From Raillietiella orientalis (Eukaryota), in contig JAYWIR010000019.1 of assembly GCA_036172245.1 (NCBI GenBank), positions 2,046,001 through 2,110,000 on the forward strand: a stretch of DNA of 64,000 nt, written 5' to 3'. Below, one piece after another: positions 12,780-24,462 of this stretch. Numbering within the stretch: the stretch's first letter is position 1; each line of letters begins with the position of its first letter. The position numbers and the translations under genes were made by a program. The notes beneath the pieces are model-generated. The model made no database searches. It was not told the origin of the DNA and saw only the letters and a program-made list of their open reading frames with translations.

Positions 12780-13220
12780 TGTCTCTGGAGGGGATGTTCG
12801 CTGGAGAAGCTGACTGCTTTGATGGTGAGGCCGCTGTTTGCAAAGTAAGCTTCACAGAGCTGCAAGAGGCTCTTTCCAGCAGTGGGGCGCCCCCAAGCCG
12901 ACAACCTTGGGAGGCTGAAGGGATCGAAGGTTGTTTTCCCACAAACGAGGATGAGCTCTGCAGGAGGCTTTTTCGTCTGGAAAATCGGAAATTCCTTCGG
13001 CCTTTTCGCTACGACGCAGTGGGACGTCACCTCTGAACGGGATGCCGCACCATGGACGGTGTCTGATGCTCAAGAGTCCGTTGTCTTACGCCGGTGCACG
13101 AACTGTGTTCGATAAAAAGGAATCCATAATGATTAAGACGCTTCGAACGAATCAGTAACGTGACTAACCCTTTGAGATTGCCGGTTGAGGGACAGCGAGT
13201 TTCTGATGGGACGGTGGAGC
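12780..13220 (+). mobile_element. Degenerate LINE RT domain-0 remnant
   Basis: VSFTELQEALSSSGAPP resembling FT..EL..AL...APGPD. Its end carries the second copy of a ~45-bp direct repeat (12673-12717 / 13171-13215). Confidence 0.35.
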
Positions 13221-13577
13221 TCATCAGATTTAAACGTTCCGTATTGACCGCACGCGACGGTCGCAGTTGTGACCTCTGTGGACGGAAATGCTCCTTTCGC
13301 GTGCCGCCTACTCGATCGGAGGTACCGACCGACTTTATAAAGTGCTGATTAAAGTTACCATTATAACTGTTCATTCACACCACACTGAATAAAAGATTTT
13401 CATTTTTCCCAAACATATACTATTTATTTAAAAATTATAATTACAATTCGGATGAATCGATAAGTCATTCACATTTTTAAAATATCACAAAAAATGAAAA
13501 GTAATATAATAAATTATATGCGACAAAGAGGGGGGGGGGGAAACGAGAATCGTTAGCAGATATAAATAGAATTTTGT

Positions 13578-13619
13578 TTACTGTCGTTGCTAAGGGGATT
13601 CCCTTAGCAGCGACAGTAA
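13578..13619. repeat. 19-bp-stem palindrome/hairpin
   Basis: TTACTGTCGTTGCTAAGGG-GATT-CCCTTAGCAGCGACAGTAA; one T.G mismatch. Confidence 0.9.
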
Positions 13620-14239
13620 CGTGTTATAATTATTATAAGAACGTAAGTTTATGTGATAACATGGGTATTGAGTGCTAACTGATATCGCGAGCATAAGGTA
13701 AAACCATTTGCCAGATGAGTCCAGACGCGCATACGAGTCCGCAGGACTCAAAGGGTTAATGGATGAATTAATAGCGTGATTCGGAGATGCGCACGACCCA
13801 CCATCGGACCCACCATCCTCACCGGTGCTGCCGCGATTGGCGTCCTTCCCCACGTCCGAAAGTTCGGAAAGAAGGATTCGCGTTCGCTCCGATTCCCGGA
13901 TGCTGCGGCACGCAAAGTCAAGGATCTCTGGCCGGAACCTCTTCCGGGTCCGCAGGATGCGTGAGAAGATCCGATTCCGAGTGCGTTTTCGCCGCCTCTT
14001 TTCCGCGGGGATGCCGCACGCTCGCGCGTCCGCTTTCGCTGCGGCCGTCGGGGGGAGGACCGCCGCCTCGCACGCGCATCCATCCATCGCCGTTCCTTCA
14101 GCCACCTCGCATGCGTCTCGATGCGGGGAGGGGAGAGGGAGCGGAGGAAGAAAAAAAGAAAACAGGAACCGTTTCCTGAAATGGAAAACCAGCGGGAACA
14201 TGCTTAGGAAACGGACGGGCGCAACGGTGGGTGATTTCC

Positions 14240-14906
14240 TCGAACTCTTCGTTGCTGCTTTCCTTCCTGCTTTTTCATCCACTTTTCTTTCCTTTTTTTT
14301 TTGTTTGACTCGCTACGCACTCGAGGACTCCTTTCGCCTGATGGTTCACGGAGCTCTTTGACGCTTCCCATGCCACCCGAGGGTGAGTGTTGATTCTTCC
14401 AGTTGGGGAAGGATATGACCCAGGGGGAATTACCCTATGAATCTAGGAAGTCTCCGGAGTAAGGAGTCCGTTCCTCTTACGCTTGGTAGGAGAACCTCGA
14501 AGGGAACCCTCGCCATGGTTGTCTCCGAAGCGAATCCCGAAGGGAACCTCTTCCTTGTTCTCTCCAGAGGGACCGTCCGGACTCTGGAGGGAACCCCGAA
14601 AAGGATCCGCTTCTGATTTCCTCCTCCTCTGAGAACCCTGAAGGGACGCTTCCCGATTTCTCAGAAAGTTCGCTCCCCGAAAGGGGTGGCACGCTTCTTG
14701 ACACTCTATAGATGCCAGAGGCAATTCCCGAGGAGAGTATTAACCAGCTCCTTGGTACCCGATGGAGGGCCATCCCGAGTGGGAGGAAGGCTCCATTTTC
14801 ACAACTGGAGTGTCCCGAAGGACGTTTTGATGTCCTGGAAGGAGCTCGGAGGATCCTGTTTTGATCCCGGCCAGTCAACGGGGGAATCCGGTTTCCGGCT
14901 TCCACC
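14240..14906 (-). mobile_element. SINE copy C, body and 3' part (head displaced to 17293-17452 by LINE insertions)
   Basis: Reverse complement of the SINE body, including GCCACCCGAGGGTG, GGAGTCCGTTCC, the CCCGAAGGG array and CCCGGCCAGTCAAC..GGTTTCCGGCTTCCACC. Confidence 0.75.
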
Positions 14907-15031
14907 CAGCTGGCCTGAGTGCCAGATCCCGGCAGGCTCCTTTTCGTATTCATAAGTAACGTGGCAGGATCAAAAGTTCTGCCACAGACATGTAGGTTTA
15001 GAAATAAACGCTCTGGCGTGACCGGGTGTCA
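14907..15031 (+). mobile_element. Short 5'-truncated L1/Tx1-like copy (3' UTR only)
   Basis: Matches 17180-17292 and the reverse complement of 41792-41920; ends ACGCTCTGGCGTGACCGGGTGTCA. Confidence 0.8.
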
Positions 15032-15038
15032 ATCAGTG

Positions 15039-17292
15039 CTGCGCCGATCACCGTGGTAAACGCGGACGCCAAGCTGCTAGCGAAACTGTGGGCCAAGCGG
15101 CTGGAGCGGGTGGCGGAAAGCATCATTAGTGGTCGTCTGCTGTTCCCGGGTGGAACATGGACTTCAACCTGCTTTGAGCTAGCACCTGGTTCGCGCATCA
15201 ACAGGAAAGGGAGATGATGGGCAACCGGAATTCCGGAGCGACCGTCGGTCAGGGACGGGAAGGTCGGGAGGGGAGGGGAGCTCTTGCGGTCGCAATTGAT
15301 TTGCACAAGGCATTCTATTGAGTCGACCAGGAGCTTTTCCTGGAGCTATTGGAACGCTTGGACTTTCCGACCGCATTGTGGGCCTGCCTGCGCTCCAGCT
15401 GGCGCCACGCGCTCATCAACTGCAGACGGAGCACGGAGTGCCGGCGCGACGCGGTATAAGGCAGGACGACAGCCGGGGCCCCCTGCTCTTTGGCACCAAT
15501 TTTGAATTCGTGCTGAGAGCATGCAGCAAGACTCTGGCTTCCCGCCTGCACGTATGTTTCGGCACGCCTGCCGTCTCAGCATTCGCGGACAATCTTCTGA
15601 TGTTGCTTTCCATATCCACCCGGTATGCTCACTCCAGGGTTTCTTCGAGTTGCTTAGTCGTGGGACGGGCCTGGTGATGAACAAGGCGAAGTCATCCGTG
15701 TTCCCGTTGGTGCGTCGTGGGCAGGGCGGCTGACTGGATCCGCCTGGGGATCCCCATGGGCAGGTACTTAATGTACCTGGCGTTCCGTTGGGGCTTCGCA
15801 GAAACCTGGTCCAGTCGTCTTCAGAAAGCACTGCAGGCTCTCGACACGTTCCAAAGAGACAGGTTTTATATGCCGGAACGGGCCGCGGTGTGGAACACGT
15901 TTGTGACTCCCCTCCTCCGCCCCCTCCCTGCTTTTTGTTTGACCCCTGCCATGCAGCATTAAAAAGCGAACAAAGGACTTCCTTTGGAACGCCCCCAGGG
16001 GCAAAGTAAGGTCGGTCTCGAGTCCGCCTAAAAGACTTGTGTGCTCCGCGCCCGGACGGCGGCCTAGGTCTCCCCTGACCCTGGCGTGGATGGAGTTGCA
16101 GCGTGGGACTCACGTCCTTCCTTGCGCACCCTCCACGCAGCCTCACCCACTGCGGAATACAACATCGGCAGGTGGCCACGCTGGTCAGGAAAAACGGATG
16201 GATCTGGTGCCGCCCAGAGAACAGCAGTGCCTGGCTGCAGGGAACCGTTCGCACGTGGGCGAGGATCCAGGAGCCAAGCGCGGGAAAAGTCTGCCGTTTC
16301 CTGTACACGCGTAACAACAACTGCACGCTCCGGGAGATCCTGGAAGATCCCGCGAAGAGCAAGCAGAATCTCCCTCGCCGCCGCGCTGCCCTCTCTTAGG
16401 GAGCATATGGGCAGGAGCCTCACCTCTAGATGGGAGGTTACTGTGGAAATATCCGGAAGCAGGAAAGGACTAGGCGAGTGGACGACGGAACAGCTCACTG
16501 ACCCTGCGACCCCGAGTGCTTGACCTCGCGGACTTTTGCGCTAGAGCGTGCTACTGGGCATTCCTGAGGGAGACCTGTAGTGGCCACTGGTGCTCATGCA
16601 CACCCGCACCTTCCCCTTAAAGTGGCAGGAGTCGGTATTGATGCTGCTGCACTGGGCCCTCCCGTGCAACGTCCGCCGGCGTGTGTGTGTGAACCCAAAC
16701 TGTGCAAAGTGTGGGGAGCGGGAATCCTTCCCGCACCCCTGGTGGACTGTATTGCTCTCCAACTTCTTTGGGGACACTTTGCCAGGACCCTTGGAACACC
16801 CGGCGGTAACGCCAGAGACGTTTGAAAGCGCCTCTTCCTGCGCGATACCCTCACGCCGGCCGCATCCCTAGAAGCGCTCTGCTGCCCACGCAGCGGTATC
16901 GTGGCTGCATGGAGCAACGCCAGAGGACACCCAAACGAGAGGGACACCATCTATTTTGCTGTTCTCTTCATGAGGATAGCATCAAGATGTCCCCTATCTG
17001 GTAGTTTTGAAACAGGAACCTGCCGGCATCCTTATAAGGATGCAGAGGACGCCCCCTCCAGCACACAATGATCCCTCCCTGGACCCCCCCATGTTTTTGA
17101 CTGTATGTTTTTTGTTTTTGTTGTTTTATTTTTTTTTCTTTTTGTGTGTCTCCCCTTCTCCTGTGCTGCCGAGGCGAACCCCGCTGGCCTGCGTGCCAGA
17201 TCCCGGCGGGTTCCTTCTCGTAGTTATAAGTAACGCCACAGGCATGTATGTTTATTTTCTATAAAAAAACGCCCCTGTGTGACCGGGTGTCA
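15039..17292 (+). mobile_element. 5'-truncated L1/Tx1-like LINE (ORF2 pseudogene: RT plus zf-RVT, and 3' UTR)
   Basis: PITVVNADAKLLAKLWAKRL (RT2), AIDLHKAF (RT3), RGIRQDDSRGPLLF (RT4), SAFADNLL (RT5), GLVMNKAKS (RT6) and KWQESVLMLLHWALPC..CAKCGERES (zf-RVT); multiple frameshifts. Confidence 0.9.
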
Positions 17293-17452
17293 ATCATTCG
17301 CGCACTCGAATGGTCTAACCCGCGTCATCTTGTGAGGGAAACTCGAAACCCACGACGCATCCATTTCTCAATATTGCTCCCTTCCCAGGTGGGATTCGAA
17401 CCCGCGATGCTTGGGACCGCGAGCGGAGACCGCAGCCACTTGGCGGCTACCA
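17293..17452 (-). mobile_element. SINE copy C, tRNA-like head
   Basis: GGGATTCGAACCC (reverse-complement B box) at ~17391, plus GCGTCATCTTGTG and ACTCGAAACCCAC matching other copies. Confidence 0.75.
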
Positions 17453-17669
17453 GAGCTGGCAAAGCAAGTTTTGGTCCCTGATCGATTTCCTAAACTACCC
17501 CTTCACATATTGCCAACCTTCCGTGCGGCCCGCGCCTAACCTCTGATGACGATGCAACCGAGGAATGGAAGAATCCTCAGGGCATCTGTCTTCCGAGCAC
17601 GGTCACACACGGACTGAAACGGTCCCCGCTTTAAAGAGTATCCGCTCCTTTGGGATGGGACTGGAACGC

Positions 17670-19700
17670 CTTCAGTCCAATCCGTTCCGGTGCCTGCGTC
17701 GCAACGGCATCCCAAAGATTTCCATGTTGCTGAGGCGGCGGTGAGCTTCGGGACGATCCCCCGCTATTCCGTTATCCACATGTGCTGGAACATCAACGTG
17801 AGCACCTGCTACTTCGGCAAGAACGTCGGCAGCAGCGTTTCTCGTCTTCCCAAGGATGCGCGGGACTTTTTTGGAGGTGTCGAGAAAGAGCTCTTCGGCT
17901 TTCGTCCGTAGGAGCGCAAACATCCCTTCAGGTGCACTGGGACCTTGGCCTATCCAAAACAGTAACATCCCTTGACACCTTCATATCCCTCCGCACGAGA
18001 AGGATCACACCGAATCGGACGCAAAATGGAATAGAGGAAACCATGAGGAATAGAGGAATAACGGTACATTGACCACTGTCATCCGGGTCACGGGCCGAAC
18101 GAGCAAATCCAGAACGACAACGTGCGCCGCCGCCACAAGCAACTCGCGGAGGAACGCGACAGCCGCCGATCGGGGAAGAAACCACACGTCCTGCGCGGAG
18201 GTGCACACGCGGCGCGGCGAGCGAAGAACCCGACGGGATTCGCGAGGAAGTGGGTTCGAAGCGCGCCTCAGTCCACGTGCCCCCCCTCTCCCTCCTCTGA
18301 CACAGGTGCTTGCGCGGTGACGAGGAGTCACCGCTCGGGCACCCCGCTCACGCGAGAATCCTCCTCACTGAGGCACTGGGAGGGCGGAGCCACCCCGATT
18401 GGTCCGCCCCCCGCCTCCGGACGCTTCGAAGGGAAACCAGAAGACAACAGAGTGGCCCAAGTTGCGGGTGTCTTGGCGCCACGTGGACGAAGGCGAATTT
18501 CCCCAGGCTGTGGGCAGAACGCGCGCTCCTCAAAAACTCCAGGGGTTGACCGCCGCCCTTTTCGCTGCCACGAGGTCTCCTGGACGGTTGAGGGACCCAC
18601 TGTTCCTCTTTTTATCCGGAAGGCCACTTGCATCGAAGGGAAATTGTTGAGGTTATGCCCTGCAGGGTTTGCTCAGAAGGGCCGCGCAATTGAGGATACA
18701 GCGCCCGGGGAAACAATAACAGCTGCCTAGCAGTCTTCGGGGCTCCAGCTGCAGCTTTCTATTTTGCAGTGTCCGCACACCGAGTTCAGTTCTTCGAAGA
18801 CTCGGAAGACACCGAGTCTTCGAAGCGGTGGTTGGACCTCTTAGAGGTCCCGCAGGAATTTCCCTAGAAAGGGCTCTTCGCTTCGTAGGGAGGGGCACCA
18901 GGAGAGAGTGGACCCGCCATGGTAGACGACGAGACCTCATCGCAGTCAATATCCTCAAAAAACACACCATCCAAGAATAGTCCATTGTCTTGTCCTGGCC
19001 GCTGAAAGCAGTCTTCCCATTCTCCTACAAACGAAGTTGGTCCGTGGGTGCCTCAAGGTACATCTCCTCCTACTGGGACCCACAGGGCCGCTTTTCCACC
19101 ACGCCCGCAGCAGAAGGAACTTTCGGAGTTCTCGCTGCCGGTGGCTACCAACTCGTAGAGCACCCCTAGCGACGCCGCAGGAGGGTTGCACGGACACGGC
19201 ACAAGAGGCGGACGAGCCGACTCGCAGGGATGGGTTGGCGACAGGGTCTCCAGAGTCTCCCCACGCGTGTTCACCGACGGCCCGAGGGAGTCAACCGAAC
19301 CGGGAAGGACTCAAGATTCCCCTTGTCTTGCCCCCGCATGTCGGCACACCACGAACGTGACGACCGGGGCTCCAGACCGGAGTCCCTGATTTGCGCATTC
19401 TGGCCCTATCTTCAGATCGGCTGCGGTTGCCAGAGCACCCGAAGGCGTTGCCTGCCAACCTGCTCCCCCCTTTCTTCGAACCATCCCTGTCCTCGTCGGC
19501 TATCTGGCATCCCCGCGCAACCGTCCCTATCCTGTGGATGGAGCTCTCCCTTCTGACGTGCTGCGACACCGCACACGAGATGGCTAACATTTTGGCAGGT
19601 GGCAGTGTCTCAGGGGTAGGGAGCTCTTGCAGTGGGTACTGCAGCTTGCTAACTCTGGGCCGGCTCAGTGCCCTCGCGGAATGCCCCGGACCTAGACGCA
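17670..19700 (-). mobile_element. Heavily decayed non-LTR RT region
   Basis: Weak motifs: MVCFLRILTA (domain 3-like), LRGPTTASKT..GVR (before domain 4) and a thumb-like peptide at 17672-17968. Confidence 0.3.
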
Positions 19701-19829
19701 CCCTCCGGCATCGAAGCAGCCGACGAGGATTCGATTCTGCCAAGCCGTCCGCCGTGGAGTGTTGCTGTTGTCTTCCCTGGGGACAACTACCCCTGCAAGA
19801 TCAGGGTCACAGGAGGCAGGCGAAGTGAG

Positions 19830-20510
19830 ATGCCCGCGCTGGAGTCCGCGTGTCTGCGGCCTCCTTGCGTCATGGGTTGTAATTCCACCCGGGGAAGGGT
19901 TGAGAAATGGGTGCGTCATGAGTTTCGAGTCCCCCGCTAGATGGTGCTGGCTGCAGACTTCGTGTGCAACACCGGTGGAAACTGGAAACCTCGGGTGCCC
20001 CGGTTGACTGGCCAGGATTGAAAGTTAACCCTCCGGGGTCCTTATGGGAAGCTAGGAGTCGGTTCCCTTTGGAATCCTCCCCTTCTCAGGTTGTGCAAAT
20101 AGAGCCGTCCTCTATCCTCGTTGGTTTCTAAGAAGCGCTTTGCTCCCTTCGGGGATCTCTTCAGAGGAAGAAAGGGGTAGCGGCTCCTTGAGGGTCCCCT
20201 TCGGAAAAGAAATAATAAAGCAGACCCTTTCAGGGGTTCCTCCAAAGAGACCTTAAGCAAGAATTTGTTTCCTTGAAAGTTCCCTTCGGAAGCAACCAGG
20301 GAGGAAGGGGTTCCTTCCCAAGCGTGGGAGGAACGGACTCCTTCCTCTGGGGCCCTTCCTGGATCCGTAGGGTGGTCCCTCCGGGGTAACAACCTATGAC
20401 TTGAAATGTTATAGGCACCCTCGAGTGGCGTGGAGCAGTGGTGAAGAACTTCGTGGGTAGCCAGGCGAACGGCGTTTCCCGAGTGCTTAGCAAATCCTTC
20501 CCAAAAAAAG
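19830..20510 (+). mobile_element. SINE copy D, near full length (empty LINE target)
   Basis: Degenerate head, GTGCAACACCGGTGGAAACTGGAAACC, GTTGACTGGCCAGGATTG, CCCTTCGG array, GGATCCGTAGGGTGGTCCC and GCACCCTCGAGTGGCGTGG. Confidence 0.75.
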
Positions 20511-21435
20511 TGAGGGAGGAGGGAAGGACCCCTCTGATTTCTCAGCTCGTCAGACAGTTTCCGCCAGAGGCTGCGCCAGCTGCCTGGACCGATCCCCACC
20601 TGCCGACGGACCTCCCCGTCCCGTGGGCGCGGAGGCATGTAATGCCACTCTGCCATTACAAGCCTGCAGCCAGCATCATCTTGCGGGGTAACTTGAAACT
20701 CACAACTGCTGGTGGCCGCCTCCCTCGTGCTCGCTGCATCCGGACAATCCCGTCGGGGACGGGCTGGATCCTGCGGAAGGGTTCCAGAAAGCAGGGCGCG
20801 TGCCTCCCGCCCACTCGGAGAACCAGTACGCCAGCGAGGCTCCAGAAGCGGGAACCGTGGCGGCGGGCGGGCGCCCAAAGCACAGGAGCACCAAGCGGAC
20901 GCGGGCGGTTTCGTGAAGGCTGCGCCTTCGCCGCCGCCCAGCCGGGAGCACCCGGCCGGGCCTCTTCGGAGTTGGCGGTGCATCTTAGGAGAGCGCCTGC
21001 AGGCAGACGGGCGCGACGCTTCTCGGGGATTCGTGGCGTGGCAACCCGTCGTGCCTCTGCCGGACTCCCGACAACCCCTTCAGCTGCGCGCGCTACGCCC
21101 GCTCCCTCGACGATTCGGACCGCATCCCTCGGAAACCGGCGGTTCCTGGACCCATCACGAGATGCTGCTGGAAACCGGAGAGCTCGGGGCCGACTCGGGC
21201 GAAGGCGTCACCGTCTCCTCCGCTCGAGGTTGAGACCGCACGCCCTTCCTTCCGTCTACCGGCGGTCCAGCCAGTGCCTCCAGCCCATCTCTCTGAAGCG
21301 TCACACCAGGTGGCACGGGTGCGCTCCCACGTGCATCGCTCCAGCAGCATCCGCGGTGGGCTCGCGAAACTCAAATCTCACGAACCTGCGGATCGCAGCT
21401 CCGGGTGTGGGTTCGAATCCCCGGACACGCCTCAG

Positions 21436-21985
21436 CCCCGAACGATTCGAAACCCCGAAAGATCATAATAAATCAAAATCAATATAATGTTTATTTCGTT
21501 TATTTTTTATAAAACCCAATATATACATTAACAATATGTTACTACATATTATCAATTGTATTAATAATGGTATATGCTAATAAATATTAAAAAATATGTA
21601 TGCTATTTTCTTACAATACCATATTTTCTTACAATCTTTTTATGTAAATGAGCATATTAATAAATGTCATAATGTATAATAAACATAGTATTTATTTTTG
21701 ATAATCCTTAACATATATATATTAATGCCATATTGATGCATATGATTAATTATATTAATGATGCATATGTTAATAGATATTAAAAATATACATGTTAAAA
21801 TAAGCTTGCATATAAATCCATATATTATTAAAATACATCACATGCATTTATTTCTTACAATCTTTATTAACCAATATATAGGTAATGTATATATATATAA
21901 TTTTTAATTATGTATATAATGATCTTTCGCAATAAAGATCAGAACAAATAATTACATACTTATAATGACATGTGGAATTATTTAT
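21436..21985. mobile_element. AT-rich MITE family, partial copy
   Basis: Begins CCCCGAACGATTCGAAACCCCGAAAGATC (TIR-like); the interior shares ACATGCATTTATTT and TATTAAT motifs with 8575-9426. Confidence 0.6.
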
Positions 21986-21989
21986 TATG

Positions 21990-23337
21990 AGCTTTGGGGA
22001 TAATATGTATTCCGGCGGATTGCGAACGACCTGAAGAACAGTTTCTTCTTGCCATTTCTGAACCAAGTGATGGGAAAGCTCCATCTCGTGCTTCCTGCCC
22101 TGTGGGCTGCCAAGGACCTACAGCCCACGTATCGCCACCTCCCATTCTTGCTAAGCAAGACGAGGCGCGACCCCACGAAGAGCTGCCAGGCAACCCTCGA
22201 ACGCGGTCGAGCGATGTACGGCAACCGATCACGCCGCTGCCAGCGTTAAACCCTTCGAACAAAAGGAGGACTGCCTGCCTGCAGGAGTCAGTTTTCGGCA
22301 CGGGCGAGGCAGAGTTCATCTTCGGAACAGCAGATACGCTCCTCAGCCGCTGAGGCAGATCCTGGGGAACACCAGGAATCTGCTGTGGGCTTCGTTCACC
22401 CCCCTCGCCCCAGTGCTGCCCTCCCTAAGGGAAGCTAAGGACAGCCAACTTCCGGCGGGGAGGAACGTGACATGTACTATCCAGAACAAGAAGAAACAAC
22501 AGCTGGGGGTGTGGACAACTCTGGAGCTGTCGGAACGCAGCGACCCCGAGTGCCCCGCCCAAAGGACTGCTACTCTGGGAAGAGCTGCTACAGATCCCTC
22601 TGAAGGGGGTATAGTGGCCCCCGGCGTGCTGAAACACAGTGCTACCCTCCCCCTAAAGTCGCAGGAGTCGGCGTTGCTGCTGCTGCACCGGGGTCTCCCG
22701 TGCGACGCCCGCCGTCGTCACTGGACACAGGGGGGATGCGTGGACCCGAACTGCGTCAGGTGCGGGGAACTTGAATCCCTCCCGCACCTCCCAGTGGACT
22801 GTGTTGCCCTCCATTTCCTTTGGGGGCGCTTTTCCGCGACCATTGGAACTCCCGGCGGCAACCCCAGAGACGCGCCTCTTCCTGAGCGACGCCCGCATGG
22901 AATGTCGGCCGCATCCTTAGCAGCACTTTGCTGCCCACGCCGCAGGGCCGTGGTTGCATGGAGCATTGCCAGAGGAGACCAAACCGACGCCATCTATTTT
23001 GCTGTCCTCTTCATGAGGATCGCGTCAAGATGGCCCCATCTGGGAACCTCGAGACAGGAACTTGCCGGCATCCTTGCAAGGATGCAGAGGACACCCTCCA
23101 GCACCTGGTGATCCCTTTCTGACTCCTCCCCCCTCCCCCCAGTTTTTTTGTATTTTTTTGTTTTATTTCTCTTTTCGTTTGTCTCCCTGTGCCGCCGTGG
23201 CGAACCTCGCCGACCTGCCCGCCGGCTCTCGGCAGGTTCCTTGTGTACATTTTACCACGTGGCAGCATCACGCATCTCGTCAATGACGCCCAAGTTTTAT
23301 TTTTAACAAACAAACGCTCCGGCGTGACTCGATGTCA
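21990..23337 (+). mobile_element. 5'-truncated L1/Tx1-like LINE copy (ORF2 C-terminus plus 3' UTR)
   Basis: ORF 22413-23111: PLKSQESALLLLHRGLPCDARRRHWTQGGCVDPNCVRCGELESLPHLPVDC (zf-RVT); ends ACGCTCCGGCGTGACTCGATGTCA. Confidence 0.85.
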
Positions 23338-24462
23338 ATCCTCGTTTCCCGCCTGTTTCTCCGAGGCCTTCCGCTGTTTCGAGAGCGTCCTCCTCTTTCC
23401 TTCCTTCTTCTGCACTTCCTGAAAGTTATCTTGCGTGGTTGGCACAGCTTGCTGTGCGGGGTTGACCTCTTCGGGCTGTTCCATGGTGCGTTCCCTCAGG
23501 GGGGAGAGGCCTCTCATCTCCCTCCACTCTGCATATTTCTGGCAGCTCCTCCTGGCGTGACCAGTGCTCTTGCAGAACGTGCAAACCTCGGGTTGCTCGC
23601 ACGACCCGACCTGGTGCCCCTGCTTGCCGCAGCGCAAGCACCGAGATCGGGGACACGCCTTTACCCGGTGGCCGAAATTCTTGCAGCCGGTGCAGAACGC
23701 CGGTCGTTGGCGATATTTTACGAGCACCTCCTGCGAGTGCTCATCGATTCGCGCCACTCCCGGGATCCCCGCGTCTTCTTTCAACTTGATTTTGGCTACT
23801 GCTTCCCCGGAGAAGACCTTGGCCTTGCGGTTCCTGAATTCCACGTGCTTGACTGCTCCGTATCCGGCGAGGAATTGCCACACCGCTTCTTTGGCGGTGA
23901 GTTTGCTTATTCCGGAGAGGAACACTGTCGTGATGGACGTCTCGGGGATTCCCCGCAGCACTTTTCCGTCGACCCCGATGCCCTCTTTGACAAGGGCCTC
24001 AATGAGTGGTTCGCTGTCCGTGTAAATGGTGAACCCACGCAAGGCCGGGATAATTGCCTGCACGCTACGGAAGTCCACGTTTGATCTGAATAGGGCGACG
24101 TACACATCCTTTATGTTGTGCATCCCGATTAATTTGGTTTTAAAGGTGATCCTTTCCACGTCCGGGCCCAACTCAATCATCGGTTGGTCGATGTCTTTCA
24201 GGGTGATCACCTCGGGTGGGCCTAAATTTTGCGCCCTCGCCATTTCCTCGAAAGATGGCGCTGCGTTTCGGTCCACGCGGAGATTCAAACGCCGCGCCGG
24301 CGGCGGCTTGCACCACGCACGCGGGGTCATCGCTCTCGCGCTCGCCGTTACCTCCGTGGGCGTCGCCGTCGGCTGAGGGGGCGCGGACACGGTCCCCTTC
24401 TCCTCCTGCGTCCTGCTTGCGGCGGATGAGACTTCCGGCCCCGGGGGATGACAGTCTTCCAT
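23335..24462 (-). CDS. Gag-like ORF1 protein of a Tx1/L1-type LINE with three CCHC zinc knuckles (375 aa from first ATG)
   Basis: Uninterrupted frame with CTGCKNFGHRVKAC, CLRCGKQGHQVGSC and CTFCKSTGHARRSC (Cx2Cx4Hx4C), preceded by an RRM-like segment (TVFLSGI..FLAGYGAV). Confidence 0.85.
   Translation of the reverse strand: MEDCHPPGPEVSSAASRTQEEKGTVSAPPQPTATPTEVTASARAMTPRAWCKPPPARRLNLRVDRNAAPSFEEMARAQNLGPPEVITLKDIDQPMIELGPDVERITFKTKLIGMHNIKDVYVALFRSNVDFRSVQAIIPALRGFTIYTDSEPLIEALVKEGIGVDGKVLRGIPETSITTVFLSGISKLTAKEAVWQFLAGYGAVKHVEFRNRKAKVFSGEAVAKIKLKEDAGIPGVARIDEHSQEVLVKYRQRPAFCTGCKNFGHRVKACPRSRCLRCGKQGHQVGSCEQPEVCTFCKSTGHARRSCQKYAEWREMRGLSPLRERTMEQPEEVNPAQQAVPTTQDNFQEVQKKEGKRRTLSKQRKASEKQAGNED

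Noticed and set aside
15346..16362. 338-aa minus-strand ORF (also 42537-43717 on plus)
   Set aside because: Antisense shadow of the LINE ORF2.
20438..21487. Long ORFs of 349 aa (+) and 313 aa (-)
   Set aside because: Low-complexity Arg/Pro/Ala translations of GC-rich repeat DNA with no convincing domain.
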